Positions 1 through 10,439 of a stretch of 64,000 nt of DNA are shown here, piece by piece (positions within the stretch are counted from its first letter, which is position 1; the number at the start of each line of letters is the position of its first letter). Source of the stretch: Pontiella sp. (lineage in GTDB: Bacteria; Verrucomicrobiota; Kiritimatiellia; Kiritimatiellales; Pontiellaceae); NCBI GenBank assembly GCA_050290185.1, contig JBNKHE010000005.1, positions 96,001 to 160,000 on the forward strand, in the 5' to 3' direction. The notes under the pieces were generated by a model that was not told where the DNA came from, ran no database searches, and saw nothing but the letters and a program-made list of their open reading frames with translations. The position numbers were made by a program, and so were the translations under genes.

Positions 1-2
1 TG

Positions 3-1397
3 GCGTATCACGCCGGGCTGACGCCGAAACAGCGCAAGGAAAACCAGGACCGCTTCAACCGCGATGAAGTCGAGGTGGTGGTGGCCACAATCGCATTCGG
101 CATGGGGATTGATAAATCCAACGTCCGCTTCGTGCTGCACGGTGACCTGCCGAAGAACATGGAAGGCTACTATCAGGAAACGGGGCGGGCCGGCCGCGAT
201 GGCGAACCTTCGCACTGCCGCCTCTTTTTCAACCGCAGCGACATGGTTCGTCTTCGCTACTTTATCGAACAGACTGACGATCCTCGCGAACGGAAAATGG
301 CCGAGCAGCAGCTGTTCGATATGGTCCGGTTTGCCGAAGCCAACGTCTGCCGTCGCAAGAGTATCCTAGGCTACTTTGGGGAAACCTACGAAAAGGACAA
401 CTGCAAGACCTGCGATGTTTGCATGGGCGAGGTGGAACGCGTCGACGCCACCATTCCAGCGCAGAAGGTCATGTCGGCCATTTACCGTTCCGGACAAAAG
501 TTCGGTGCGGCGCATATTGCTGATATTGTGGCCGGCGCCAAAACGAAAAGGATTCGGGAGCTGGGCCATGACCAGCTTCAGACCTACGGCGCCGGGAAGG
601 ATATGGACAAGAAATATTGGCGGCGGGTCATCGACGATCTGCTGGCGCAGGATTGCATTCGCCAGAATGCCGAACAGTTTTCTGCGCTCGAACTGACCAC
701 CAGGGGCCGGGAGGTGCTGCTCGGGAAGAAGACGTTCGAGGTGATCCGGCAGAAGGATGTGAAGCGGACCGATCTTTCCGGCTTTACCGGCGACTATTCG
801 GCCAAACTCTTTGCCCAGCTACGCACCGAACGCCAACGCCTTGCCCAGCAGGAAGGCGTTCCGCCCTTCGTGGTGTTCTCCGACCGCACCCTGCGCGAAA
901 TGGCGCTCTATTTTCCCGACACGCCGGAAGAAATGGCGGGAATTTCCGGCGTTGGCGATGCCAAGCTCGAAAAATATGGCGATACCTTCATGACCATTAT
1001 TGAGATGTATAAATACGCGCATCCTGAAGAGGCGCAACAACGTTCGATTCTCCAAGTGCCCGTGAAGGTCAAAAAGACCCGGAAAAAGAAAAACGGCCAA
1101 ACGGTAAAAGAAACCCTAAGGATGGCGAAACAGGGATTTTCGATAGAGGCCATTGCTGCGGTGCGTGATCTTTCCGAGAGCACCATCAGCCAGCACCTTG
1201 AAACGCTACTGGAGGAGGGAAACCTTGAAGGCGTTGATATTGACTGCCTGATTGCCCCCGAAAAGCGCCTGTTATGCGAGGAACTGTTCAATCGTCTCTC
1301 CGGCGCATCCATGCGATCCATCATCGAAGCCTCCGGCAATAAGGTGACCTATGCGGATCTTCGTCTGGTCAGGGCCTTTATGCAGGCGAAAAAATAG
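3..1397 (+). CDS. recQ: DNA helicase RecQ, 5'-truncated by the window edge
   Basis: Frame is open from nt 3 (AYHAGL...[31 protein letters not shown]). Also has the RQC Zn motif (CRR...CKTCDVC), HRDC ([16 protein letters not shown]) and a C-terminal HTH. Confidence 0.97.
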   Translation, partial: AYHAGLTPKQRKENQDRFNRDEVEVVVATIAFGMGIDKSNVRFVLHGDLPKNMEGYYQETGRAGRDGEPSHCRLFFNRSDMVRLRYFIEQTDDPRERKMAEQQLFDMVRFAEANVCRRKSILGYFGETYEKDNCKTCDVCMGEVERVDATIPAQKVMSAIYRSGQKFGAAHIADIVAGAKTKRIRELGHDQLQTYGAGKDMDKKYWRRVIDDLLAQDCIRQNAEQFSALELTTRGREVLLGKKTFEVIRQKDVKRTDLSGFTGDYSAKLFAQLRTERQRLAQQEGVPPFVVFSDRTLREMALYFPDTPEEMAGISGVGDAKLEKYGDTFMTIIEMYKYAHPEEAQQRSILQVPVKVKKTRKKKNGQTVKETLRMAKQGFSIEAIAAVRDLSESTISQHLETLLEEGNLEGVDIDCLIAPEKRLLCEELFNRLSGASMRSIIEASGNKVTYADLRLVRAFMQAKK

Positions 1398-1478
1398 GCA
1401 GTGGAATAAACTGGTGTCTCCGCTCACTTCGGTTCAGGTTCCCCCGTTTCCAAAATAAAACCCACAGGATCCATCAAC

Positions 1479-2591
1479 GTGAATACATTTAAAGATTTAG
1501 GCATAGCCGAAGGCTATCTGAAGGGCTTGGCGGAGCTGGGCATTGAAACCCCGACCGAAGTGCAGGCCAAATCCATTCCGATGCTGCTGGGAAAAACCAC
1601 CGATTTTATCGGACAGGCGCAGACCGGCACCGGGAAAACCGCCGCATTTGGACTCCCGTTGCTCGCTGGAATCAATCCGACCCAGCCGCAGATCCAGGCG
1701 GTGGTTCTGGCACCCACCCGTGAACTGGCCAAGCAGGTGCAGAAACAGCTGTTCCGCTTCACCAAGTATTCCGCACGTATCTTTTCCGAGGTCGTTTGCG
1801 GCGGCGATAAGATTGACCGGCAGATCGAGTCGCTGAAGCGTCCGACGCAGGTGCTGGTAGCCACGCCCGGCCGCCTGATGGATCTGATCCGTCGCAAGGC
1901 CGTCGACCTTTCGGCCGTTCGCACGCTCGTGCTCGACGAAGCAGATGAAATGCTCAAGCTGGGCTTTCGGGAAGACCTTGAACAGATCATGAAGATTACC
2001 GCCGGCAATCGGCATATCTGGCTCTTCTCGGCCACCATGCCGACCGGGATCAAGAAGATGATCAGCACGCATCTTGCATCCGATGCCCCGTTCCTCAAGA
2101 TCGACAAAAAACACATCGTCAATCCCAACATACGCCACCAGTACATGGTGTGCAAAGAGGGGGAAAAGCTGGATAAAATCGTCGGGTTTCTAAGTGACCG
2201 CGGCCAGCAGCGCGGCCTGATTTTCTGCCGGACAAGGGCGGATACGATTGCCTTCGCGAAGGAGCTGGAACCGCACGGATTCTCGGCATTGGTGCTGCAT
2301 GGGGATCTGATGCAGACGGAACGCGACAAAATCATGCGGATGTTCAAGAAGGAACGCGCGCGCATCCTGATTGCCACCGATATCGCGGCGCGCGGAATCG
2401 ACATCGATGATCTTTCCTTTGTGATCCACCACCAGCTGCCCGAGAAGAACGAATACTATACGCATCGCAGTGGCCGTACCGCCCGCGCTGGCAAGTCGGG
2501 AATATCGCTGGCGCTGATCCACCGCCTCGAAGCCAAGCGCATTGTCCGGCTTGAAAAGGAACTCGGCATCCGCTTCCAGGAAATTGACTAA
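1479..2591 (+). CDS. DEAD-box RNA helicase (minimal core, 370 aa)
   Basis: Q motif, AQTGTGKT, PTRELA, TPGR, DEAD, SAT, ARGID, HRSGRTAR; no C-terminal extension. Confidence 0.95.
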   Translation: MNTFKDLGIAEGYLKGLAELGIETPTEVQAKSIPMLLGKTTDFIGQAQTGTGKTAAFGLPLLAGINPTQPQIQAVVLAPTRELAKQVQKQLFRFTKYSARIFSEVVCGGDKIDRQIESLKRPTQVLVATPGRLMDLIRRKAVDLSAVRTLVLDEADEMLKLGFREDLEQIMKITAGNRHIWLFSATMPTGIKKMISTHLASDAPFLKIDKKHIVNPNIRHQYMVCKEGEKLDKIVGFLSDRGQQRGLIFCRTRADTIAFAKELEPHGFSALVLHGDLMQTERDKIMRMFKKERARILIATDIAARGIDIDDLSFVIHHQLPEKNEYYTHRSGRTARAGKSGISLALIHRLEAKRIVRLEKELGIRFQEID

Positions 2592-2650
2592 AACGGCAGA
2601 ATGTCCCAGGGACGTACAGTGCGTGCATAAAGCTTAATCACTTGAAACTC

Positions 2651-3151
2651 ATGAAGGATGACATCCAGATTTTTACGGACGGCGCCTGCAAGGGAAATCC
2701 CGGACCGGGCGGTTATGGCGTGGTACTGATTGCTGGGAACCGCAAGCGCGAGCTTTCCGGCGGCTTCCGGAAAACCACCAACAACCGCATGGAACTGATA
2801 GCCTGTATCGAAGGGCTTCGTTCCCTGAAGCGCCCCTGCAGGGTCGTGCTGACAAGCGACTCGAAATATGTCGTTAACGCAATGGTCAAGGGCTGGGCGA
2901 AAAAGTGGCGTTCCAAAGGATGGAAATTGTCGCCTTCCAAGCCTGCCAAGAACCCCGATCTATGGGCGCAGCTGCTGGATCTATGCGATGAACATAAGGT
3001 CGACTTCCAGTGGGTTAAAGGCCATAACGAGCATCCGGAAAACGAGCGTTGCGACGAACTGGCCGTCGCGGCATCCAATGGGAAAGATCTCCCGGCCGAT
3101 GCCGCCTTCGAATCACCGGCACTTCCCGAAGGCGATCTGTTCAGCCTTTAG
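2651..3151 (+). CDS. rnhA: Ribonuclease HI
   Basis: FTDGACKGNPGPGG, TTNNRMEL, DSKYV, KNPDLW, WVKGH, NERCDELA. Confidence 0.97.
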   Translation: MKDDIQIFTDGACKGNPGPGGYGVVLIAGNRKRELSGGFRKTTNNRMELIACIEGLRSLKRPCRVVLTSDSKYVVNAMVKGWAKKWRSKGWKLSPSKPAKNPDLWAQLLDLCDEHKVDFQWVKGHNEHPENERCDELAVAASNGKDLPADAAFESPALPEGDLFSL

Positions 3152-3168
3152 CAACTGGAGTACAGAAT

Positions 3169-3516
3169 ATGAAAAAAACATTCGACCTGACCCACGAGAA
3201 GATCAAATACCCGCGCATGGTGGATGCGGTAAAAAACGAGATCCGTAAATACATCAAGCGCGAGCGTCGGAAGACACTGCCGGAATGGGCGGATTTCTGG
3301 GACTTCGATTGCAAATTCGGCGATGCCGAGCCCGAAGCTAAAACTATTCATCTTGCAGAAATTGACGCCTGCATCAACGATGCCGCGAAACGTGAATTAA
3401 AGTCGTTCTACGTGGAAATCATGGCCAAGCCGGGCTGTCGCACCAAAAAGCCCAAGCAGGGTGAAGAACGGCCCAAACCGGAACTCCCTAAAATAAAAAC
3501 CTTTGGCGAAGATTAA
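3169..3516 (+). CDS. Conserved hypothetical protein (DUF6172-like)
   Basis: GGAG SD before ATG 3169. The pattern MKKTF...K.EIRKYIKRERRK.LP...DFWDFDCKFG is recalled as DUF6172. Confidence 0.75.
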   Translation: MKKTFDLTHEKIKYPRMVDAVKNEIRKYIKRERRKTLPEWADFWDFDCKFGDAEPEAKTIHLAEIDACINDAAKRELKSFYVEIMAKPGCRTKKPKQGEERPKPELPKIKTFGED

Positions 3517-3623
3517 TCCGCTTTCCCTGAATGGTCCTCGCAGAGCCACTGGGTTTGCGGAGTCATATATTTTCTCTGCCCGCTCTGCGGCACGGCAAAA
3601 AAATGTCTGATGGAGTACGTCAT

Positions 3624-4331
3624 ATGCAACAGAAGAAAGCTTTCAAGCAACCTCCCAGAAAGTTCCATCCAAAAGGGCTGACCATCCTGTATGAGGATTG
3701 GGATATTCTCGTGGTAGACAAAGCCTGTGGCCTGCTTTCGGTGAGTAGCGAGACGGTTCGCGAGAATGCCGCGCACTATCTGCTCAACGAATATGTGCGC
3801 AAGGGAAATTCCAAGTCACAGAACCGGGTCTATATCGTGCACCGGCTGGGTCGCGACACGTCCGGCGTGCTGGTCTTTGCCAAGAGCGAACAGGCCAAGA
3901 AATATCTGCAGGATGAATGGACAAACTTTAAAATGGCATACTATGCGGTTGTCCGGGGCTCATTGCCCGAAAAGAAGGGAATGATCACCTCGTTTCTTGC
4001 GGAAAACAGCATTCATAACATGTATTCCGTATCCGATCCGGAAAAAGGAAAGTTTGCCAGGACGGCTTACACGGTGTTGAAAGAATCAGCACAATACAGC
4101 TTGGTGGAGGTCGATCCGATGACCGACCGTAAAAACCAAATCCGTGTCCATCTGGCCGATCTGGGTTGCTCGGTAGTGGGAGATAAAAAGTACGGAACCA
4201 AGGAAAAGGGCGACAAGCGACTGTGCCTTCATTCCGCCAAACTAACGATCAAGCATCCTTTCACCAAGGAAACGATGACCTTCGAAGCGCCCGTGCCCAC
4301 CTATTTCAATACGGTTTTATCCCGGAATTAG
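3624..4331 (+). CDS. RluA-family pseudouridine synthase homolog with catalytic Asp replaced (HRLG)
   Basis: ILYED..ILVVDK, VHRLGRDTSGVLVFAK, RKNQIRVHLA..G..VVGDKKYG, RLCLHS...HP. SD-like GGAG before ATG 3624. Confidence 0.9.
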   Translation: MQQKKAFKQPPRKFHPKGLTILYEDWDILVVDKACGLLSVSSETVRENAAHYLLNEYVRKGNSKSQNRVYIVHRLGRDTSGVLVFAKSEQAKKYLQDEWTNFKMAYYAVVRGSLPEKKGMITSFLAENSIHNMYSVSDPEKGKFARTAYTVLKESAQYSLVEVDPMTDRKNQIRVHLADLGCSVVGDKKYGTKEKGDKRLCLHSAKLTIKHPFTKETMTFEAPVPTYFNTVLSRN

Positions 4332-4685
4332 CGCGGGGCTTAAAACTCTATGTCCGTGATCTGTGATCGCGCCGACTAGATCTAACTTTTTAAAACACTC
4401 GCTGCGCATAAAACACGCTAAGTATGCATAACGCATCATCCGGGTCTTCGTGTTGAAACGATCGCCGGAGATAGAGCTTTGCGCTACCGATGACATCGGA
4501 CAGGGCTTCATGGTGCATTTCCGCCGGTCAGCCAGTTCAAGTTCGCTATAGTCGAGATCATAATGTTCCATGGTGCGACGCAGGACGGATCTCTGTTCCG
4601 TTTCTGTTGGTATTGAAACCACGATATGCTAATGAAATATTGATTATAAATCGCTATGATGCGCGCTTTTGAAGGGGAAAATACA

Positions 4686-5930
4686 ATGTTGAGAACATGG
4701 ACTCAGAATTTACTGCTGTCACTCGGGGTGCCGCAGGACACAGCCGACGAACTGACCGTGGTGGTACTTACGATATTTATAGTTGCCGGGGCTTACCTGC
4801 TCTACTGGGTATTGAAAAACTATTTGCTGAAACTGATTCACCAGGTCACCCTGAAAACCTCGAACGTCTGGGATGACAAACTGATGGAGTCGCGTGTTTT
4901 CCATCGCGCCCTCCGCTTGATTCCGCTGACCTTTATTCTTCTCTGTGTAGAACGGTTGGCTCCCGGTCAGCTGGTCATGGTTAAACGCATTGTATTTGCG
5001 TTGATCATTCTGGTCGGGGCGAGATCGATCGAGGCCTTCCTGAATGCATTTTCCGATATTTACCACATGGACTCGGATGCACAACGCAAACCCATCCGGC
5101 CTTTTTTCCAGGCCCTGCTGATTGTTCTCTATCTGTTCGCCTCGATTTTCATCATCTCGGTGCTGCTGGACAAGGAACCCTGGGGGCTGTTCAGTTTGCT
5201 GGGCGGGTTGACCGCCGTCACCATGCTGGTGTTTAAAGATACCATCCTCGGGTTTGTGGCCGGCATTCAGCTTAGCGCCAATGACATGGTTCGTGAAGGC
5301 GACTGGATTGAAATGCCGAAATACGGGGCTGATGGCGACGTTATCGAAGTGGCCGTCAATACCGTCAAGGTTCGCAACTGGGACAAGACCATCTCCACCA
5401 TTCCTACCTATGCTCTCATCTCCGACTCGTTCAAAAACTGGCGTGGTATGAGCGAGTCCGGTGGACGACGCATTAAGCGCAACATCTGCATCGATATGAA
5501 CACGGTTCGGTTTGCCGACGAAGAAATGCTCAAAAAGTTTCAAGCCATGGACCTGCTGAAGGACTATGTTACGGAAACGCAGCAGAAGATCGATGCCGCT
5601 AACGCCGAACGCAACATTGATCTGTCTGCCACGGTGGTCAATGGCCGCCGCCAGACCAACTTGGGCATTTTCCGCGCTTATCTCGTACACTATCTTCACG
5701 ACAATCCGAAGATCCACAAGGGCATGACCTTCCTCGTTCGTCATCTTCAACCGACCCCGCAGGGACTGCCGATTGAGATCTATGTCTTCAGCTCCGATAA
5801 AATCTGGGCGAACTACGAAAGCATTCAGGCCGATATTTTCGACCACATTCTTGCGGCGCTCCCCGAGTTCGGACTCCGGGTCTATCAGCAACCATCCGGC
5901 GCCGATATCGCGGGGCTGAGGATCGGGTAG
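4686..5930 (+). CDS. Mechanosensitive channel, MscS family (YbdG-like)
   Basis: Multiple TM helices; FKDTILGFVAGIQLSANDMVR.GDWIEMPKYGADGDV, NWDKTI.TIP, GGRRIKR, GLPIEIY. Confidence 0.95.
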   Translation: MLRTWTQNLLLSLGVPQDTADELTVVVLTIFIVAGAYLLYWVLKNYLLKLIHQVTLKTSNVWDDKLMESRVFHRALRLIPLTFILLCVERLAPGQLVMVKRIVFALIILVGARSIEAFLNAFSDIYHMDSDAQRKPIRPFFQALLIVLYLFASIFIISVLLDKEPWGLFSLLGGLTAVTMLVFKDTILGFVAGIQLSANDMVREGDWIEMPKYGADGDVIEVAVNTVKVRNWDKTISTIPTYALISDSFKNWRGMSESGGRRIKRNICIDMNTVRFADEEMLKKFQAMDLLKDYVTETQQKIDAANAERNIDLSATVVNGRRQTNLGIFRAYLVHYLHDNPKIHKGMTFLVRHLQPTPQGLPIEIYVFSSDKIWANYESIQADIFDHILAALPEFGLRVYQQPSGADIAGLRIG

Positions 5931-5951
5931 GGGGGCGCCCGGTTCACCGAC

Positions 5952-6022
5952 CAACGCTTCTGGGAAGCGCCACTGCAGGTCGGGTCGGAATGGTCGTGTC
6001 GGTGCTTGGAAGCGCTTCCCGC
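5952..6022. repeat. Imperfect inverted pair (CGCTTCTGGGAAGCG ... GGAAGCGCTTCCC) between convergent mscS and rapA; REP-like or terminator
   Basis: Short palindromic units are visible in the ~115-bp convergent intergenic gap. Confidence 0.35.
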
Positions 6023-6046
6023 GAATAGGGCTTTATGCCTGTCAAA

Positions 6047-8665
6047 CTAGCTGGCGCTGATGATTCGGACCGCGTCGAGCCGCAGGCGGGCTTCCGCCAG
6101 CTTTTTGTCGAGCTTGGTCATGGCCTTGCGTGCGTGGCGAAGTTCCTCGTCCCGTATGTTGTCGTTGACCTGCTTGAGATATTCGAGCCGCTGGTAGTCC
6201 GTTCCAAGGGTTTCCCGCATACACTGACGTGCGCCGGCGATGGTGGATTCCGCGGCCTTTTCCGCAAGCTCGCGCGTGGCTTCAATCATGGCGGGAATCA
6301 TCTGCGTTCGAATCGATTCATGCTCCAGCAGCTTCCATGGTTCGCCGTCTTTCAGATGCGTCGCGAGGGGTTCATCAATAGCGCTGCCCGCATGGTCGAC
6401 CGTGATGATGACCGGAGTGGGGGGAAGGAAGCGGTCGGCGTTGAGTGCCGGTGGCGCGATCGTTTCCAGCACATAGATGGCCTGGAGTTTCAGCGGGGTT
6501 TCCTGCGAAGGATCCACGGCGATCGCGCAGCTGCCCCGTTCGGATCCGAGAATCAGTTCGGCGGCGCCGGTCACCATCGGGTGGTCCCAGCTCATCAGGA
6601 TGGCATCGGGGCGGATCAGCGCTTCGTCCCGGCTGAAAGTGATTCGGATACCTTCGGCGGACAGCGGAAACCAGTCGTCGAACATTTGGTCGGGGCGGAT
6701 ATGATAGGTCGTCGTGTCCAGCGTCTCGGCGTGTACACCATACTGGTCGAACATCTGCAGTAGATAGGTTTCCAGCTCCGCTGATTGTTCCACTTCGTGG
6801 ATTTGACGGGCGACGGCGTCACCGATGTCGGGGCGAAACGAGGAGAGCTCCAGCAGACGGTCGCGCCCTTCAGTAATCTGTTTGCGCAGTTTCTTGTAGA
6901 AGGTTTTGGTGTCGGCAATGACCTTATCCGTGACTTTGTCCAGCCGCGCGTCAAAACGTTCCAGCAACTCAAAACCCCCAACCACCGGTTCGGCGAACGC
7001 GTTCAGTCCTTCATGCAGCCAGCGTACAACATGTTCCTCCGTCGTTCCCTTCAGGTAGGGCACATGGATGTGGATATCACCGCGCTGGCCGATTCGGTCG
7101 AGTCTGCCGATTCGCTGCTCCAGCAGTTCCGGATCGCGCGGCAGATCGATCAGGACCAGGTGCGATGCCATCTGGAAATTGCGGCCTTCGCCGCCCATTT
7201 CCGAAACCACCATCACACGCGCGCCCTCCGGTTCGGTGAACCATGCAGCCTGCCGATCGCATTGAACCAGCGGCATCTGTTCATGGAAATGGGCCACATC
7301 CACGCCCGAGCGGGTTTTGATGGCTTCGACGATCGCGGCGACCTCGGTACGGGTCCGGCCAATGACCAGGACCTTTTCCTTTGGATGGCCGGTCAGGAAC
7401 GCGAGCAGCCAGTTGATGCGAGGGTCGTCCGGGCCCAGCAACGCAGCTTCATCCGGAAGGTCCAGCGGTACGGGGTGGGCATGGCGTTTGGGAAATCCGC
7501 TTACGCATTTTCGGGTGTTGCGGAAAATGACGCGTCCGGGGCCGTGACGATCCAGCGCCTCGGCCAGTGCTGCATCATCCATGGACTCCAGACGATTTCC
7601 CAGATCCGCGGCAACTTCGGCATAGCGATCATGTTCTTCCTGATAGCTGGCAAAGTCGGGATAACGCTGCGGGTCGAGCAACCGAAGCCGCGCAAAATGG
7701 CTTTCGAGCCCCATCTGTTCGGGACTGGCCGTGAGCAGCAGGAGCCGGGGGGTACTTTTGGCGAGGCTTTCCACGATGTCATATTCGGGGCTGGTCTGTT
7801 CCGGCGACCAATGGAGATGGTGGGCTTCGTCGACAATCAGCAGATCCCAGTTACAGGCGCGGGCCTGTTCGGCGCGGTTTGGATGACCCGTAAGGAACTC
7901 AATGTTGGTCAGGATCAACTGGTCATCAAGAAAGGGGTTGGACTCGGGATCGTTGGCTTCGATGCTTGCGCAGCGTTCTTCGTCAAAGATGCTGAACGTG
8001 CAATTGAAGCGGCGTAGCAGTTCGACGAACCACTGATGAACGAGCGCATTGGGAAGCAGGATTAACACCCGCTGAACCAACCCGCAGACCATCAGGCGAT
8101 GAAGGATAAGGCATGCCTCGATGGTTTTCCCAAGTCCCACTTCATCGGCCAGCAGAACGCGCGGCAGCGGCCGGTTGCTGACTTCCTGAGCGATGTAAAG
8201 CTGGTGGGGCAGCAGATCAACACGTCCACCCAGCAGGCCACGCACCGGCAGACGGCCATAGCGGTGTCGGGCATTCAGTGCGGCGACCCGGAGATCGAAC
8301 AGCGCATTGGCATCCACATGACCTCCCAGCAGCCGGGTTTCCGGCCGATCGAAGCTCGTGGTGTCGCAAAGGTCGGTTTCGCTCAGCCGCGATCCATCGG
8401 CGGCCCCATAGAAAATCAGTCCGGTCGCACTATCTTCTTCGATCGTTTCCACAGTCAGACGATCGCCCTCGCGCGACGCGATTTCGTCACCCTCCGCGAA
8501 GCGCACGCGTTTGAGCGGCGCGTTGCCGATCGCGTAGTGCCGCGTCTCGTTGGCGGCATGATAGAGCACCTGCACGGTTCGGGGTGTAACTTCGATGACC
8601 AATCCCAATCCGAGTTCGGGTTCGGTCTCACTGATCCAGCGTTGTCCGGTAAAGTAAGTATTCAT
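6047..8665 (-). CDS. rapA: RNA polymerase-associated SNF2 ATPase RapA (HepA)
   Basis: GQRWISETEPELGLG N-terminus, LLADEVGLGKTIEA, DEAHH, LLTA.PEQ.G.ESHFARLRLLDP, EGRNFQ, EQRIGRLDRIGQ, C-terminal RLDAVR. Confidence 0.96.
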   Translation of the reverse strand: MNTYFTGQRWISETEPELGLGLVIEVTPRTVQVLYHAANETRHYAIGNAPLKRVRFAEGDEIASREGDRLTVETIEEDSATGLIFYGAADGSRLSETDLCDTTSFDRPETRLLGGHVDANALFDLRVAALNARHRYGRLPVRGLLGGRVDLLPHQLYIAQEVSNRPLPRVLLADEVGLGKTIEACLILHRLMVCGLVQRVLILLPNALVHQWFVELLRRFNCTFSIFDEERCASIEANDPESNPFLDDQLILTNIEFLTGHPNRAEQARACNWDLLIVDEAHHLHWSPEQTSPEYDIVESLAKSTPRLLLLTASPEQMGLESHFARLRLLDPQRYPDFASYQEEHDRYAEVAADLGNRLESMDDAALAEALDRHGPGRVIFRNTRKCVSGFPKRHAHPVPLDLPDEAALLGPDDPRINWLLAFLTGHPKEKVLVIGRTRTEVAAIVEAIKTRSGVDVAHFHEQMPLVQCDRQAAWFTEPEGARVMVVSEMGGEGRNFQMASHLVLIDLPRDPELLEQRIGRLDRIGQRGDIHIHVPYLKGTTEEHVVRWLHEGLNAFAEPVVGGFELLERFDARLDKVTDKVIADTKTFYKKLRKQITEGRDRLLELSSFRPDIGDAVARQIHEVEQSAELETYLLQMFDQYGVHAETLDTTTYHIRPDQMFDDWFPLSAEGIRITFSRDEALIRPDAILMSWDHPMVTGAAELILGSERGSCAIAVDPSQETPLKLQAIYVLETIAPPALNADRFLPPTPVIITVDHAGSAIDEPLATHLKDGEPWKLLEHESIRTQMIPAMIEATRELAEKAAESTIAGARQCMRETLGTDYQRLEYLKQVNDNIRDEELRHARKAMTKLDKKLAEARLRLDAVRIISAS

Positions 8666-9094
8666 AAGCGGGCGGAGACTACGTCATTCCCGCCATCGTG
8701 GAAACCATAGAAAGCGACGGATATTGTTTAGGCGGAATTGCCCCGATGAACGGGATGTTGAGGCAGGGTATACTCGCCTTTTCTGACTTAATAGGCGCAC
8801 CTCGAATACATAAGCGGCGACCAAAAGTGATGAGTCGAACGGCCACCGGTCGTATGGAACGTTGAAGTAGCATAGCTCCAGTCAGGTTGTGATGGGTTTG
8901 TATAAAACGGTAGGCAACTGGCCATGCGCGCAATCGCCATATTCGACAGCTATACCATCACTGCCCAGAGCTATTCGGGGTGGTTCGATATTCTTATGTT
9001 ATTGGACCTCTGCCGTGGGCTGTAGATTTCTTCTGTTAATGAGGTATTGCTCTCTATGGGTCACACAATTATACCTGTTTCTCAGGAGATTATT

Positions 9095-9892
9095 ATGAAG
9101 CGCTTTAAACACATGGTACGACGACCCACAGCTTATCTCATCCTCTCTATGGTACTTTCGCTATGTGGTGCCTTTGGTGCACTTGCACAACAAACGCATC
9201 TGGACATTGCGGTGCCCAGCCGGGTGGAAAGCGACTTGTTTGGTCCCGTAAAACACATGAAAATCAAGACAAAGGAAATGTCCACGCTGAAGCGCAGTGA
9301 AGAGCGCTTCTATGACAAAGCCGGAAATCTGCTGACCAAAACAAAATGGGACAAGGACAATAAGGTTACCTATACCGTCACGAATACCTTCAACGAAGCG
9401 GGCTGCTTGGTTCATCAACGCGTAAAGGACATCGAGGATGAAAAACTGGAAGACCTGGAGGTGATCATCAACGTGAAAGCGCGAAAAATCGCATACAGGG
9501 ATCTCAATACCGGGGAGGTTGAAATATGCGCTTATTCTACTCAAAAATTCCATATGACATCAAACAAGAGAACCCGCGACAAGAAACCCATATCGTCGTT
9601 TCGTTATTTTCGCGGCTCAGATAATAAAGAAACCAGATGGATCTCTTCCGATGAAAAAGGGCACGCGGTTACCGAAGCCCGGATCAACTGGCATCCCAAG
9701 GGATACCCACGAACAACGCGCTATATATACCACAATAAAGACAATGAGATTTTAATAACGTACGAATATCTTACCTTTGATGACTACGGAAACTGGACAC
9801 AGCGGATAGAAAAATCTGTAGCCGACTGGAATGGTAAAGAACTCAAGTATGACCAGATTGTTACTCGCGAAATAGAGTATTTCGAACTTTAA
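9095..9892 (+). CDS. Secreted hypothetical protein, YD-repeat-like beta-rich
   Basis: AGGAG SD, signal peptide, L.GPVK, YDKAGN, FDDYGNWTQR...TREIEYF pattern. Confidence 0.65.
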   Translation: MKRFKHMVRRPTAYLILSMVLSLCGAFGALAQQTHLDIAVPSRVESDLFGPVKHMKIKTKEMSTLKRSEERFYDKAGNLLTKTKWDKDNKVTYTVTNTFNEAGCLVHQRVKDIEDEKLEDLEVIINVKARKIAYRDLNTGEVEICAYSTQKFHMTSNKRTRDKKPISSFRYFRGSDNKETRWISSDEKGHAVTEARINWHPKGYPRTTRYIYHNKDNEILITYEYLTFDDYGNWTQRIEKSVADWNGKELKYDQIVTREIEYFEL

Positions 9893-9927
9893 CACCAACC
9901 GTTCAACGGTTGCCAATAGAGGAATTT

Positions 9928-10350
9928 ATGATGTCGGTTGAAGAATTGAAAAACAGTCCGTTGCATGGCTTGTCGGCGGAGACCATGTTGACGGAGCTCG
10001 TTGAATTTTATGGTTGGGCGGTTCTGGACGCGGCGATCGATCTGAAGTGTTTTCGGATTCAACCGACGATTCCCAGTTGCCTGACGTTCCTGAAAAAGGC
10101 GGAATGGGCCCGGAACCGCGTGGAGGATTTTTATCTCTACTGCTTTAAGGGGATGCCGAAACCCAGCGAAGAGGAAGCGGAGTTAAAACCGCGCGAGCGT
10201 GGTTTCCCTAACGGCGTGGTTCCCAAAAAGCCACTGGCTTTGACGGTTGAGAAGGCGCGGGTGGAACGAGCGAAGATAGAACGGGCGAAGGTGGAAAGCG
10301 AACAACCGGAGAGCAGTTTCAGATCCAAGTTTTCGAGACCCCGGAATTAG
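9928..10350 (+). CDS. VF530/DUF2132-family putative nucleic-acid-binding protein
   Basis: PLHG....MLTELVEFYGW..L...I...CF...P.I.S.L.FL.K.EWAR..VE.FYL signature; GAGG SD. Confidence 0.85.
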   Translation: MMSVEELKNSPLHGLSAETMLTELVEFYGWAVLDAAIDLKCFRIQPTIPSCLTFLKKAEWARNRVEDFYLYCFKGMPKPSEEEAELKPRERGFPNGVVPKKPLALTVEKARVERAKIERAKVESEQPESSFRSKFSRPRN

Positions 10351-10439
10351 CCGGGAGCGAAGAAAAAGAAAGTGCTTCTCCTCGAGAGATTTAGTAAAAA
10401 GCAAAATCCTAATCACAAGTAATCATGGAGATGAACACG

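Noticed and set aside
4317..4622. 101-aa minus-strand ORF between rluA and mscS
   Set aside because: No recognisable motif or SD; it may be a remnant but cannot be supported.
4719..8017. Long antisense ORFs (4719-5954, 6035-6763, 6785-8017)
   Set aside because: Shadow frames of mscS and rapA, as expected from GC-rich codon bias.
8679..9094. Short ORFs in the rapA divergent intergenic region
   Set aside because: No coherent protein in the frames I translated and no recognisable RNA motif.
10245..10296. 15-nt repeats encoding VEKARVERAKIERAKVE
   Set aside because: Low-complexity helical tail with only three degenerate units.
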